Of a stretch of 64,000 nt of DNA, positions 25,301 to 38,700 are shown one piece after another. The DNA lies in NCBI RefSeq assembly GCF_001194135.2, contig NC_068986.1, positions 64,816,247 to 64,880,246 of the forward strand, in the 5' to 3' direction. The translations under genes were made by a program, and so were the position numbers. The notes beneath the pieces were generated by a model. That model was given only the letters and a program-made list of their open reading frames with translations, ran no database searches and was not told where the DNA came from. Position 1 is the stretch's first letter. The number at the start of each line of letters is the position of its first letter. Source of the DNA: Octopus bimaculoides. Its lineage: Eukaryota.

Positions 25301-28300
25301 GTGGAAGTAGTAAAATTTGGACATGGTCACACGTCAAAAACATTAATCATACATGAATAATGTTTAATGCTTACTTTCTAAATGTTTTACAACATAGAGG
25401 TTGGCCTTAACAGTTTCTGCTTGGTTAATGTTATTGTTTGATACTATCTAGCTTTAATTATCTTAATTTATAATACAGACTGGTTTATCCAAATCTTTCG
25501 ATTAATCTTATCCATAATACAATTCAAGAATGGTTTTTTTAAAAAGTTTTCTATGTTCCCTCCCTTCAGGAAAAGAAAACTAGAAGAAGTGGCCAAACAT
25601 GAGAAGCTACGCCACCATCCAAACTGTGTGAAGTTTTGTCAAGCCTGGGAAGAAATGGGCAGGCTGTACATGCAGATCGAACTATGCAAAACAAGGTATG
25701 CTTGCATCATATTTCTTTTTTCTAATTCTGCTATTCTATATTGAAAGAGTTCTAATAAATGTAGAACAAGTGACTAACCACCTATGCTGTTTAAACTCCT
25801 GGAAAAGGCATGAAAACCACCACATTCTAGTTGATTCTTTTCCAAAAAATATAAGGCCTTTGTACTTAATCAGGAAGGAAGCAGCATGTCAATAAAATTA
25901 ATGCTAGAGTTAAAAAGCTATATCGGGTTACATAGTCAGTATCTTCTAAGTTTATGTCTGGCTATGATTGGATTCAGCTGTGACCATCAGTCATGCTATA
26001 TGCATGTTTAGGTGTTTTGGGAATATGGAATAAAATGCACTGAAGCTGCTTAGATTGTCATAATAACTGAACAGTACTAAATAGTGTATGCTGTATATTA
26101 TCTCAGGAAGTGTTAATTGTTGTTTAACTGCAAGTAATTTCAGTTCTGATCAAGTACATTGATAGTCAAAGGCATTCCAACCATAACCATCCTCTTTGTT
26201 TACAATGTCCAGTGTATCTTATTTAAGACAGTAGGGTTTGATTTGAGGTGAATTTGACTAATTTCAGCATGTTGATTGTCTCCCGTATTAGGTTGAGTAA
26301 CTGGATTTATGTGTTGTGCCTAACTACTTGGTTATTTACTTCCATAACTATGTATGAAGAGCAACTGGTAGCACTGTGTTACTATGATAAAGAATCAAAT
26401 TTAATATTCTTTGAAATACATATTAACATAGAAAAGTAGATATAAAATGACATTAATTGGGTTTCATTGATCATTGTGTAATTATTATCTGTGATTTCTG
26501 ATAATTCTTAGTGTATGCAGACAAAAGAATATGGATTTCTTACCTTGGCACAAAGCCATAAAATGAGTCAACTGATCTGATCTCAATACATCACTGGTAC
26601 TTATCAACTCTAAAATGAATCAATGGAGATGACTTGTGGTGACTCAACCTACTAGAAATAACAGCCAGATATCTCTCAAATCACTGATTCCTGAGAAAGA
26701 GCATGTTTGATATGGATGTATAGAAAATAGACAGGATTGACAAATCTGGAGCACCTTTAATTATAAGTTTGCTTGTTTGGGGCCAACTTGGGATTGAACA
26801 GTATCAACTGCCTCAAAGTGATAAAACACAAAATTGACCATGTCAAGATTTGAACTTGGAATGCAGAGCTTGTAAAATGTTGCTTAAATTTAGGTGAAAT
26901 TAAAGTTGTTGATTGTAATAACATTTTATTTCTTTGTAGCCTCTATGATTTTGCTGAGAAAAATCACAATATTTCTGAAACATTGATATGGAAATTCCTT
27001 GTAGATTTATTAATGGTAAGGGACAAGTTGCTTTTTAACTGCTTTTGATTTTAAATCCTCTCTATCTACCTCTATCTCACTAACCTTTCATCATCTGCTA
27101 CTGGATCATATCCTCCAATGTCCCCTCCGATATAACAAGACACCTGTTTCTGCCTCCCTGTCCCTTTGTCACACTCTAGCCTTTCATCCTCTGACACAAG
27201 TTCCCCTCCTCAAATACCCCTGCCCCTCTCATAATTCCATGTCTTGTGAGTCACTTGGTGGTCCTGCCTGTACTGGAGCCATGTTAAAAGCATCCACTTC
27301 ATACTGTAAAGTTGTTGGCATTTGGAAGGGCATACATCTGTAAAAATCATGTCAAAATTAACCTTGCCTGTGCTAGTGCCATATAAAAAGCACTGAGTCC
27401 ACTATGCAGAGTGGTTGGTGTTAGGAAGAGTATCCAGCCATAAAAACCCTGCCAAAACAGACAGTAGCCTAGGGTAGTTTTTTTACCTGGTCACTTCCTG
27501 TCAACTGTCCTACCCATGCATGCATGGAAGATGGATGTTAAATGATGTGTGTAAAAAACACATACTTCGATTTTTACATGCCAAAACCTTCCATTATCCT
27601 TTGAACCTTTCTGTTTATTTAGGCTTTGAAGCATCTTCATGTTCATAACTTGGTCCACATGGATATAAAATCAGAAAACATTTTCTTATCGTTTGATGAC
27701 ATCTGTAAACTTGGTGATTTTGGTCTTGTTCTTGACGTTAGCAAGGTAGGTCTTCTTTTTAGTAAACATTTCTATTGCCTCCCTTCTTTCAATGATGATT
27801 TAAATTTACTTGTTTGACCTAATTGATGCTCACCCTCTTTTCATTCTCAGATTCTCACTTTTTCTGGTATCACTAAAAGGTAGAAAAGGTGGCTGGGTGA
27901 CATCAGAAGTTGGGGGAATGTATGATGATGATGATAATCCCATGTTGTGTTCTATTTGAATAGGGTTATGACATATCTGATGCTCAAGAAGGTGACCCTC
28001 AATATTTAGCCCCTGAGTTGCTTGAAGGAAAGTTTGGTAAGCCTGCAGATATATTTAGGTGAATATTTTTTAGTGTCTTATTTTTCTTTTTTGTTTGTAT
28101 TTCTGTTAATATTATTCTGTGGATGACTTTGAGTCTGTGATTGGAAAGGGAGAACTTTAAGGAATGTAAATAGAATTTTTGTGAGAATAAAAATGGTCTT
28201 GTGATTGAATTTTTTTCTTCCACTCAGGAATGGATCAAGTCCATGGGACCCTTCACTTTGTTTTCCTAGCTAATGAAATAATCATCAGTTTTGTATTACT

Positions 28301-29895
28301 GCTGCATATTTTAGCTGTGAACCATTCCAACTTTTGTAACTCTTATGTTGATGTAGCATGAATTTGCTAGAAGTAGTTCTAGCAAATATCTCTTAAGTGA
28401 CAGCCTGCTCTCCTAAAAAGGAATGGGCACATTAGATAATGTATTCCTAGATGTTCAGGAAAAAGCCCCCCAAAAAGCAGTGTGGTTATGGCTATAATGC
28501 CATTGATTATAAGGCTGACTAAACAGCTTATGATTTGGTAACCATGTATTTCCTTCACAGCAACACACCTGTTTCTGTCCTCATTCTTCTCTCTCTCTCT
28601 CTCTCTCTCTAGCTGGGTAACCCTGTACCTCTCCTACATCAAAACACCTGTTTCTGTCTCTGTCTCACTATAACCTTTCATCATCTGACACAAGATCACC
28701 TCCACCAATGCCCCTCCCCTCCCCAAAATTCTTTGTCTTGCTTGCAAGTTACTTGGTAACCCTTCAGTACTGGTGTCACATAAAATGCATCTAGTCCACA
28801 CTGTAAAGTGGTTGGCATTTGGAAGGGTATCCAGCTGTAAAAACCATGTCAAAACTGACCACATGAAAGGCACTCAGTCCACTCTACAGGGTGCTTGATG
28901 TTAGGAACGGCATCCAGCTGTAAAAACCCTGCAGGCTCCTGCTTGGCTGGCTACTGGCATTTAACATGGATGTTAGTCAAATACACATGCCACTAATATT
29001 CAAAGGAAAAGCATTGTTGTCACAGCTTCTCAATTCCTTTTCCTTGAAGTAGACACTAGGATCTTGTGTTTGATTGAAACATTATTGCATAAAATTTACT
29101 CTAAAGGTCCTGTTAAGTGAGCCACATAATGGTTCATTCTCCCATTGAAACAGTTTCTTTACATTGCTAAAACCTTTGGTCAGGTCTTGAATATCACACA
29201 ATGCTCTTTCCTCTACATATGTAAGAAATCCAGATTCTACCAAACTGTGTGCAAGCACTACAGCTGACTAACTGAATGTGTTTTAACTTTCTTTTAGAAA
29301 TCACATAACTGTTACAGAAGCTTTTCTTATTCAATCTGAAGCCAGCTATCTCTTTCAGGGGTAAGAAATGTAATATGGTATAGATAGATAAATAGATTGT
29401 TGTTGTTTAGCCATGGTTGAGTATTTTTCTTTTTTTTGTCAGCAAACTGTGCATGCAAGGTTACATTATTAGATAACTTAATCTTGCTCACTACATCTTT
29501 TTTTAAAAACAGTGGCATGTATTATGAAAATTTCACTACTATTTCTAGGTAGTCAGTCACCCACCAAGGCTCCTTTATAGCTACTGATGTGGATATTTTA
29601 TTGCATTAAGTTTGGCACCTTCTTGTTTTTAGTTCTAATGTTGTAGGTATCACTGAAATATATACCAGTAATATATTGAATTTAATCAAATTGTTCTCAG
29701 TTTAGTTTAAAAAAAAAAAAAAAAAAAACAACAACCCAGTTGATTGAAAGTGTTTATGTTTACTTGTTTTATTTTTTTCGAAGTCTTGGTATGACCATTC
29801 TAGAACTATCTAGTGATCTAGATCTACCCAGAGGTGGTGAGGGTTGGCACATGCTGAGACATGGTCAAATTCCTGAAGAATTTCTTCAAGGTAAG

Positions 29896-29930
<35 letters not shown>

Positions 29931-31123
29931 GATATTGTATATGGAGGAAATTTAGGTTAGAAAGTGCTCTCCTTCATTAAATTCCTTAACAGTTAAGGGA
30001 CAACCATGAAAATGGCATTTATGGATGATTTAAGAGATGGTATTTATCTTTGGTAGCTGGAAGTGATCTTGGATCTGTGGGAGTTCATCCACTCTGAGGA
30101 CTATATCTCATATTTGTATGTTGTAAATATTTTTAGTCTTATCTAATTTCCTTGTAAACTCTTCATATTTTTTTGTAATGTTCCCTCTACTGTTACCTTA
30201 TTGGCAAATGAAATTGTAAAGTTGAAGATAGTGAGCTAGCAGAATCATTACTGCACTTGACAGAATGCTTAACATTTTATGTGTCTTTACATTCTGAGTT
30301 CAAATTCTGCTGAGGTTGACTTTGCCTTTCATCCTTTTGGAGTTGATAAAAATAAGTACAAGTTGTGCATTGGGATCAATGTATTCTATCACCTTCCTCA
30401 AAATTTCAGGCCTTGTGCCTATAATAGAATTATTATTTTAGGGTTAATAAAATAGCAGATAGAAATCAGTACTCTAGTCATTACTTGACTGCTTCCTGCT
30501 CCAAGATTTCAGGCATTGTGGCTATGTAAGAAATTATTATTATACTTAGCACCATGAAAATGATTCCTTGACACTTCCTAGAAGAATCAAATTACTTTGT
30601 AATTTTTAAAATATTTTTTATGCTTTCATTTTTGTTTCTTTACCTTGTAGGTCGGTCCTTTGATCTGAAGTATGTGATTCGACAAATGCTGGATCCTGAC
30701 CCAACTAGTCGACCAATAGTTGAACAACTTTTAGCTTTCCCTTGTGTCAGAAAAGTATGTATTGTATGTTTGCATTTGATTTTGTTGATAGCTAAATTTT
30801 TGTGTGGGAAAGATATTGTCAGTTGATTTCACCCGAGTTATTTTCTTACTGGTATTTAATTGATCTTTCATAAAAAAAAAGAATAAAACCTTAGCAGGTT
30901 ATTAGTCAAAGAAATTGACCTGTACTTATTCTATTGGCCTCTTTTGCCAAACTGCTAAGTTACAAGGACATAAACACACCAACACCGGTTGTCAAGTGGT
31001 GAAGGGGAACAGACATTGACACACACACACACACATATATTTGGACAGGTGTCTTTTACTTTGATCTCCGGTCAACCATAGCCTTCTAAGTGGATGTGAT
31101 AGACAGAAACTGAAAGAAGCTTG

Positions 31124-31155
<32 letters not shown>

Positions 31156-32744
31156 ACTTATACTATTTTATATAGAGATTGTTAACAATTAACAATACTC
31201 GTAAACAGGCAAGAATCGAAGTGCTCAAATTGAGCTAAGTTCCAATTTATAATTTGAGTAGAGGCAATACGAGTGGAAAACTAGAGGAATATGACCTATT
31301 ATCCAGCAGAATATCCAATATATATGCGTACTTTCTTCGACATTAATAGTGCAATATAAAGTTCGAATTAATAGAAATATTAAATGTCGAAGAAAGTACG
31401 AATATATATTGAATATTCTGCTGGATGGTCCTCTAGTGTTCCGCTTGTATTGCCTCCACTCAAATTTATCTATATATATATATATATATATAGCTGTAGA
31501 AACTCTGCCAAATCAGATTGGAGCCTGGTGTAGCCATCTGGTTTCACCAGTCCTCAGTCAAATCGTCCAACCCTTGCTAGCATGGGAAGCGGACGTTAAA
31601 CTATGATGATGATGATGATGATGTATGATGAGCTTCTTTCAGTTGCTGTCTACCACATCCACTTAGAAGGCTATTGTTGACCGGTGATCAAAGTAGAAGA
31701 CACTTGTCCAAAGTGCCACACAGTATGCTCCGATGGATGTGTAATGTCAGTGTGCATACTAGACAGAGTGTAAGTACCTTGAGAGAAAAGTTGAACTTAC
31801 GAAGCATCAGTTGTGGTGTGCAAGAGAGACGATTGCACTGGTATGGTCATGTAGGGAGAATGGATGAGGATAGCTGTGTGAAAACGTGTCACACCCTAGC
31901 AGTTGAGGGAACCTGTGGAAGAAGTAGGCCCAGGAAGACCTGGGATGAGGTGGCGAGGTACGACCTTCGAACATTGGGCCTCACCGAGGCGATGACTTCT
32001 GACCGAGACCTTTGGAAATATGCTGTGCATGAGAAGACCCGGCAAGCCAAGTGAGACCTAAATCCAAGGCCTCTGCCAGGGGTGTAGTCAGCCCACTTAT
32101 GCGTACCTTCCTCATTGGACACTAAACTCTGCTTGCAAAGACATGTTGAGGCAAGTGAAATTCAAATTGAACTAAATTCGATGACTGGCACCCATGCCAA
32201 CTTCGTCTCTCATTGGAGACTAAACTCGGCTTGCGAAGATCTATTGGGGCAAGCGAAATCATAACGGCNNNNNNNNNNNNNNNNNNNNNNNNNNNNNNNN
32301 NNNNNNNNNNNNNNNNNNNNNNNNNNNNNNNNNNNNNNNNNNNNNNNNNNNNNNNNNNNNNNNNNNNNNNNNNNNNNNNNNNNNNNNNNNNNNNNNNNNN
32401 NNNNNNNNNNNNNNNNNNNNNNNNNNNNNNNNNNNNNNNNNNNNNNNNNNNNNNNNNNNNNNNNNNNNNNNNNNNNNNNNNNNNNNNNNNNNNNNATATA
32501 TATGTGTATATATATGTATATATATAGGTATGTATATATATATATATATATATGTGTATATATATATGTATATATGTGTATATATATATGTATATATGTG
32601 TATATATATGTATATATATATATGTATATATGTGTATGTATATATGTGTATGTATATATATATATATGTATGTATATGTGTATGTATATGTATGTATATA
32701 TGTGTATGTACATGTATATATATATGTGTATGTATATATATGTG

Positions 32745-32781
<37 letters not shown>

Positions 32782-35700
32782 ATATATATGCGTATGTATA
32801 TGTATGTGTATGTATATTTGTATATATATATATATATATGCGTATCTATATGTATGTGTATGTATCTTTGTATATATATATGTGTGTATGTATATACATA
32901 TATATATGTTATATATATACACACAGGCACACACACACACACACACATATATATTTAGAATGGGCTTCTTTCAGTTTCTCTCTACCAAATCCACTCACAA
33001 GGCTTTGATTGGTGCAAGGCTATAGTAGAATATACTTGCCCAAGATACCACACAGTGTGACTGAACCCAGAACGATGTGGTAGAGAAGCAAGCTTCTTAC
33101 CACAAAGACATACATTACATTTGATTAGATATATGTAAGATAATTTGTTACACTATATGCCTGTGGGCATGATTTGTTGTTGTTCATAGCCCCAGACTAA
33201 CTCTGATCTCTAGATATGAGTTCTTTAAATCTCTGATCTAAGATATTCCAGCTGTGATTCTTCTGTGCTCTTTGAGGCATTTAGGACTACATTGTCTAAC
33301 ATTTGCTTTATTTGTTTTGTTTTTTTTCCCTAAAACAGGTGTGGTTTGATGGAGATTTGGTTGCTATATCGAAGCCACAATTTATTACTCTTTTTTTTCT
33401 TTAAAAATTAGTTTCTCATAGGTAGGTGTAAGGTCTCAAATTTACTGAGACTGAGGAAATCATCATTATTTAATTTTTCATGTTTGCCATGTTAGAAAGT
33501 TTGATGGACTGGCATGGTCAAGAGCTGCACCAGGTTCCATTGTCAGTTTTGGCATGGTTTCTACTACTGTCAGCTGGATGCCCTTCTTAATGCCAACACT
33601 TCAGAGTTCACTAGGTGCTTTTTACATGGTGCCAGCACTGATATGGTCATCAAGTATCTTTCATGACAAAAATCTCTCAATTGGCAGGTGGGGGAGTGAT
33701 TTTGAGTGGGTGTAGATTTGTAACAGTTGAGAGTTTAAGGGATAGAAGGGACAGATACAGGTGTCTTATTTTAGAGTATATACATGGATACCCCAGTTGG
33801 AAAACAAGGGAGAGTGAGTTGAAGAGTAAGATAAAGGGAGTGATAGTGAGAGAGATGATGGTGAAGATGTGTTGGGACATGCCCTTCAGGATTATTGGGG
33901 GTGATGAGAATAGGTGAGAGAATATAGAGGCTTGATCTGGGTGAGAGGGCAGGATGAGGTGACTAAGAAATGGAGGGAAATATAGGAAAGGCTTGGCAGT
34001 GGGCGATGCAGTAGATATGTGAGGGCATTGCAGTTAAGTGAGGAGTTGGTGTTGAGAGCTGCAGATGGAGGGGAGAAAAGGTAAATGACAAAAAAAACGA
34101 GGGATATAATATGTGTGTATTTTGCTCTCACTTGATAGAGGAAGTGATGGGTGTTAGGGGATGAAATTGTGGCGGGGGGGGGGACAAAGAGGAGGGAGGT
34201 TAGCATTACCAGGGTGGGTTTAGGACACCAATTCTGTGGTGGACAGGTCTTCTTTAGTACAAGCAAGGTGACAAATATCTCTGTCCTTTGTCGTTTTCGT
34301 AAGGCACATCATCTTCAGATCAACCTTCAATACTTTGTCCCATGTCTTCCTGAGTCCTCCCCTTCTACAAGTTCCATCCATTTTAAGAGATATGTTTCTT
34401 CTTTATACAGCTGTACATATTTATATGCATCACATGATCATATCAGCACAGTCTTCTCTTGCACACTGCATCTAATTCCTCTTAAGCCTAACAGTAGCGA
34501 TCTGTCACATATACACTGATATTGCACATCCAACAGAGCATACCAGCTTTGCTTTTCTCTAATCTTCGTCAACATTGCTCTTTGTACACATGCATCATAT
34601 AATCTTCGTTTCATTTGGGGAGAGAGAGAGAACCTTTGGTTGCCAACAAAAGTAAAAGGTCTCTGAGCATTCTGCTTCCTATTATTGCTTTTCTCATCGG
34701 TATTTGTAATGTTGTCAAGTGAAGTTTCTCAACCTAGAATGGAAATGCAATTGTATCTTAAAGTAGCAAAAGCTTACTTGAACTTTTAAAGCTCAGCACT
34801 GAACTCTGCATGTATTCTTACTTTTAGGTTTACAAGAAACGGATCAGAGAATATATGATAAGTAACATTGTAAGTATAATTGTTAATTTTTGCATTTCCC
34901 TAATGACTAAAAACATTTCTTGTCAAGAATTAAACTATTTGAAATTAATTTCTTTTTTTGTTCAGATTGTAATATAATGTTTCATAAGAGTATTGCAGTT
35001 TACCTCCTATTATGTGCACTGTTTTATAACTAATAACTGATGAAACTGAAACGTTAAATTATTCTAAATGTTGTTTAGTTTGTTCCTGTCAACTTTGATT
35101 TAGTAAATCTGTAATCTAGAATACATGGTTACAGAAATGTAGAATTTTTGATTTTTACCTCTTGATCCTTCAAGTCTGTTATTTTGGAGTAGGGTGTGTT
35201 TCCTTTTGGAAACAATATTTTACCACCATCATCATCATCTGTTTATTTTTGGTATGAGTTAGATGGATCTGTTGAAGGAAGCTGGTTAGTGTTCTGTGTC
35301 ACAAATTAGATATGCTATAGTGTAATTTCATCTTACATCAGATTAGAGAAACATTTATATCTTGCTTTCTGTAAACAATAGTGTGGTTTGGATACAGGCT
35401 TCCAATCACTGGTTTACTGCATTTTCAATATTGAGAATGTCTCTGCAGCTTGGGTTGAATAAATACCACAAGGTTCTTTTTTTGCCCAGTGCATTGATTT
35501 CTTCACAGTTTATCACTAATGCATATATTTTTCATCAATACATATATGCACATTCTATGGTCTTCTGCATAGTTTCCATCTTCTAAATTTTGCTCACAAT
35601 AGACTACCCTAAGGTTATCCTTAAGGGTGGACAGTGGGAACTAAACCTGATCCATGTGGTTGCAAAGAAAACTTAAATACACAACCATACCTGCACTCAG

Positions 35701-38700
35701 TTTCTATTAAACACAATCATGTCTGCTCTAATTGTCTATTTTTAGTTCAGGATTGGAAAGATAGTAAATAAAGCTATGATGATTGCAGTGTCTATTGTAG
35801 TATCTTTTATTAAGATATCTTTTCTTATTCATCTTGTTTGTTAGGGAGAGAGAGAAGGGATGATCAAATTTGCTTGGTGATATGATTCTGAATTTGATCC
35901 CATTGCATGGGACCTTAAGCAAATGTCTTTTATCAAGGCTTCTAGTTGATCCAATCCCCTTGTGAAATTGGGTAGGCAGAAACCCTGTAGAAACTTGACA
36001 GACTACATAGTCTTTAGTCATAGAGCTAATTTGTATCAAATTAATATCACCCCTGAACTTGGATCAGCTTTCTAGTCTATAGGTAACTTGATATTTTCCT
36101 ACTATGACATTCTATAGGCTTGTTTCTTCCACTTGTTGTGGAGGCTTTGGAAATGTCATGGGTGTTGCTCTTTCTCTCTGCTTTAGGGCTGAATCAGGAC
36201 ATGAAAATATTGTCAGTTGATAGCTATTTTCACCTCAATCAGGTATTGAACTACTAACATATTGAGAGTGTTTGAATTTGCTGGAGGTATCTTTTGATGT
36301 TGAAAACTTGTTAACTCTGCACACCTTAGTTCACTTTTGGCAAAGATATCTTCAATAATACATATTTTACTATGAAGAAGCAATCATTTCATTAGCTTAA
36401 GGTTACTAAGCTTTTTTGATACCAATCGACCTCTGATTCTGTCAAACAAAACTTAGTTCATTTAAAATGATCATGCTTAATTTAAATCTTTTTATCCTAA
36501 CCTTAACACTAATAACCTGTCATTATGTTCCAGCTTTATAATGAGAAAAAGTTATTAAATCTGTCCTTATATTTTTTATTGTTTTCAAATTTAATAGGCA
36601 CTCATAGGAAATGCTTTTCATTAGAGATATAATGAAAGGGTTAAACCAGGCCTAAACATTTACCATTCTAGGGTTTACAGTGTTTCTAAATCTCACTTTT
36701 ATTGTTCTTCATTTACCTGTTAATTTCTTATTACTTGAATTTTACTCTTGGTTTTTAAAAACCCTTTGACTCCATTCTTGTCTGGGCCTGTACAAGTGGG
36801 CTGTATGTAGAGAGGTGATAATCTTCCATTCTCTATAAGTTTTTCATTTTCTCACCTGTAGGTATCCAATGCTGTACATATAATGAATTCCATTATGGCT
36901 TTTCTGTTCATGTTGCTCACCTTAATATTTACTTATCCATTCTCAAAACTGCTTTACAAGGTGGTTTGCCCAGTAACATCACCTATGAATGCCACTAATC
37001 CAGAACTCAGCCTTGTAGACTATACTGTGTCAGATGGTAAGTTTATTGCTGATTTCATTATTTTATAATTATGCAACAATGTCCATTTTCTTTTGTTGGT
37101 TTGTCTTTGGTTGTGATTTTTAAGTTTTCTCTTGAATAGTTGTTAGTTAATAATTGCAATCAGGAAGGAGAATTCCAAAGGGCTAATATTCTGGGAAGAA
37201 AATACTGCGTGTAAATGGTTAGTGCTTCACTTACAAGAGTGAATATAGTGGAAGGTAAGAGGAGGAGAGATGAGTAAGTCAGGAGTGTTGGGGTAGACAA
37301 GGTGTGAAACCAATTAAGTCTGAGCAGTAGAGGCCATTTTAGCAGCTGTAGTAAAAGCAGAAATTCTTGATAGTACATCAGTGGACCAGAGGTTATGGTA
37401 TGTTAGCTAGCTACTTCCTGTTAATCAGTTGGTTGGGGGATGCAGCTTCTGGATATGCAGTTTAGGATGTCTATATGTACAGCAATTGCAGCACTACTTC
37501 AGATGTAAGAGTAGTGCTATATTGACATAAAAGGATGCAACTTAGAATTAAATATTACAAGGTACTTTTGTTCAGCCAACCCTTGCTCACACAGATTATG
37601 TGCTGTTTCTGTTTACTAAAATCTCACTTGCAAAGTATTGTTGAAGTAAAACTACACTAAAGGGTACTCTCCCAAAATGCTGCACAATGGGATTCAACCT
37701 GGATCACAATAGTTGCAAAGTGAACTTAGCCACACAGTTGATATTTAAATGTCTTAGTATAGCAAGTCATTAGTATTATAGTATTTAAGAAGCTGGCAGA
37801 ATCGTTTGCATGCCAGACAAAATGCTTAGTAGTGTTGTCTGTCTCTGTTCTGAGTTTAAATTCTGCTGAGGTTGACTTTGTCTTTCATCCTTCTGGAGTC
37901 AATAAAGTATGTACCAGTTGAGCACTGTGGTCAATGAAATCGACTAACCCCCACCCCGAAATTGCTGGCCTTGTGCCAAAACTTGAAACCAATATTATAG
38001 TATTTGACACTAATGAACTCTCAACAACCCAATGTGCATGTGAGTTGGATATTGTTGGCCGTTAAACTACAGGAGCATTGTAATATTGATAAATATTTCA
38101 CTAAGTTGTAGTTTAAGTCAGTCTGTGAAGAAGGATGAATTCTGTCAGAACCAGATTGAAGACTTTAGTATGTGATGAATTACAGGAATCACTGTCATCA
38201 ATTTTACAATAAAACTTTCTTCTTTCAAGCCAAGAAGTGAATCTGTAGATCAAGGTTTAGCAAGAAATGGACTTTATATATTTTTAAAAAATATTTCAAA
38301 TCCAGTGCATTTTCGTGCCATTCAGCAGTCAGTCAGCTAGTATTTTGTTACGATTTAATTTTTGCCTATATAAGCATTGTCAGTGATGTAAATGGTGGTG
38401 GGGATATTCTTATATGTAAGATTTGATATGATTTACTTTTAAGACAGTGACAAATGTAAAAAGAAATATCAAATCTGGATCACTATGAAAAATTACTGAT
38501 CCTTGTTCAAGACAATAATTCATCTTGTAACCAGAAGTGCTGCAGCTGTGACTATCCTCTCCCCTTTTTTTTATATCTGAGACTGATATACAAAAAGATG
38601 TGTTAATCATGGGCCTGCTCAATCAGGAACAAACTGGGATTAAACAACAACATCTTTGTTTACCATGTTAATATTCCCTTTTTATCTGTGGTTAATGTAG

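Noticed and set aside
32122-33025. Long ORFs (104-274 aa) on both strands
   Set aside because: Produced by TA/TG microsatellite and an N gap; not protein coding.
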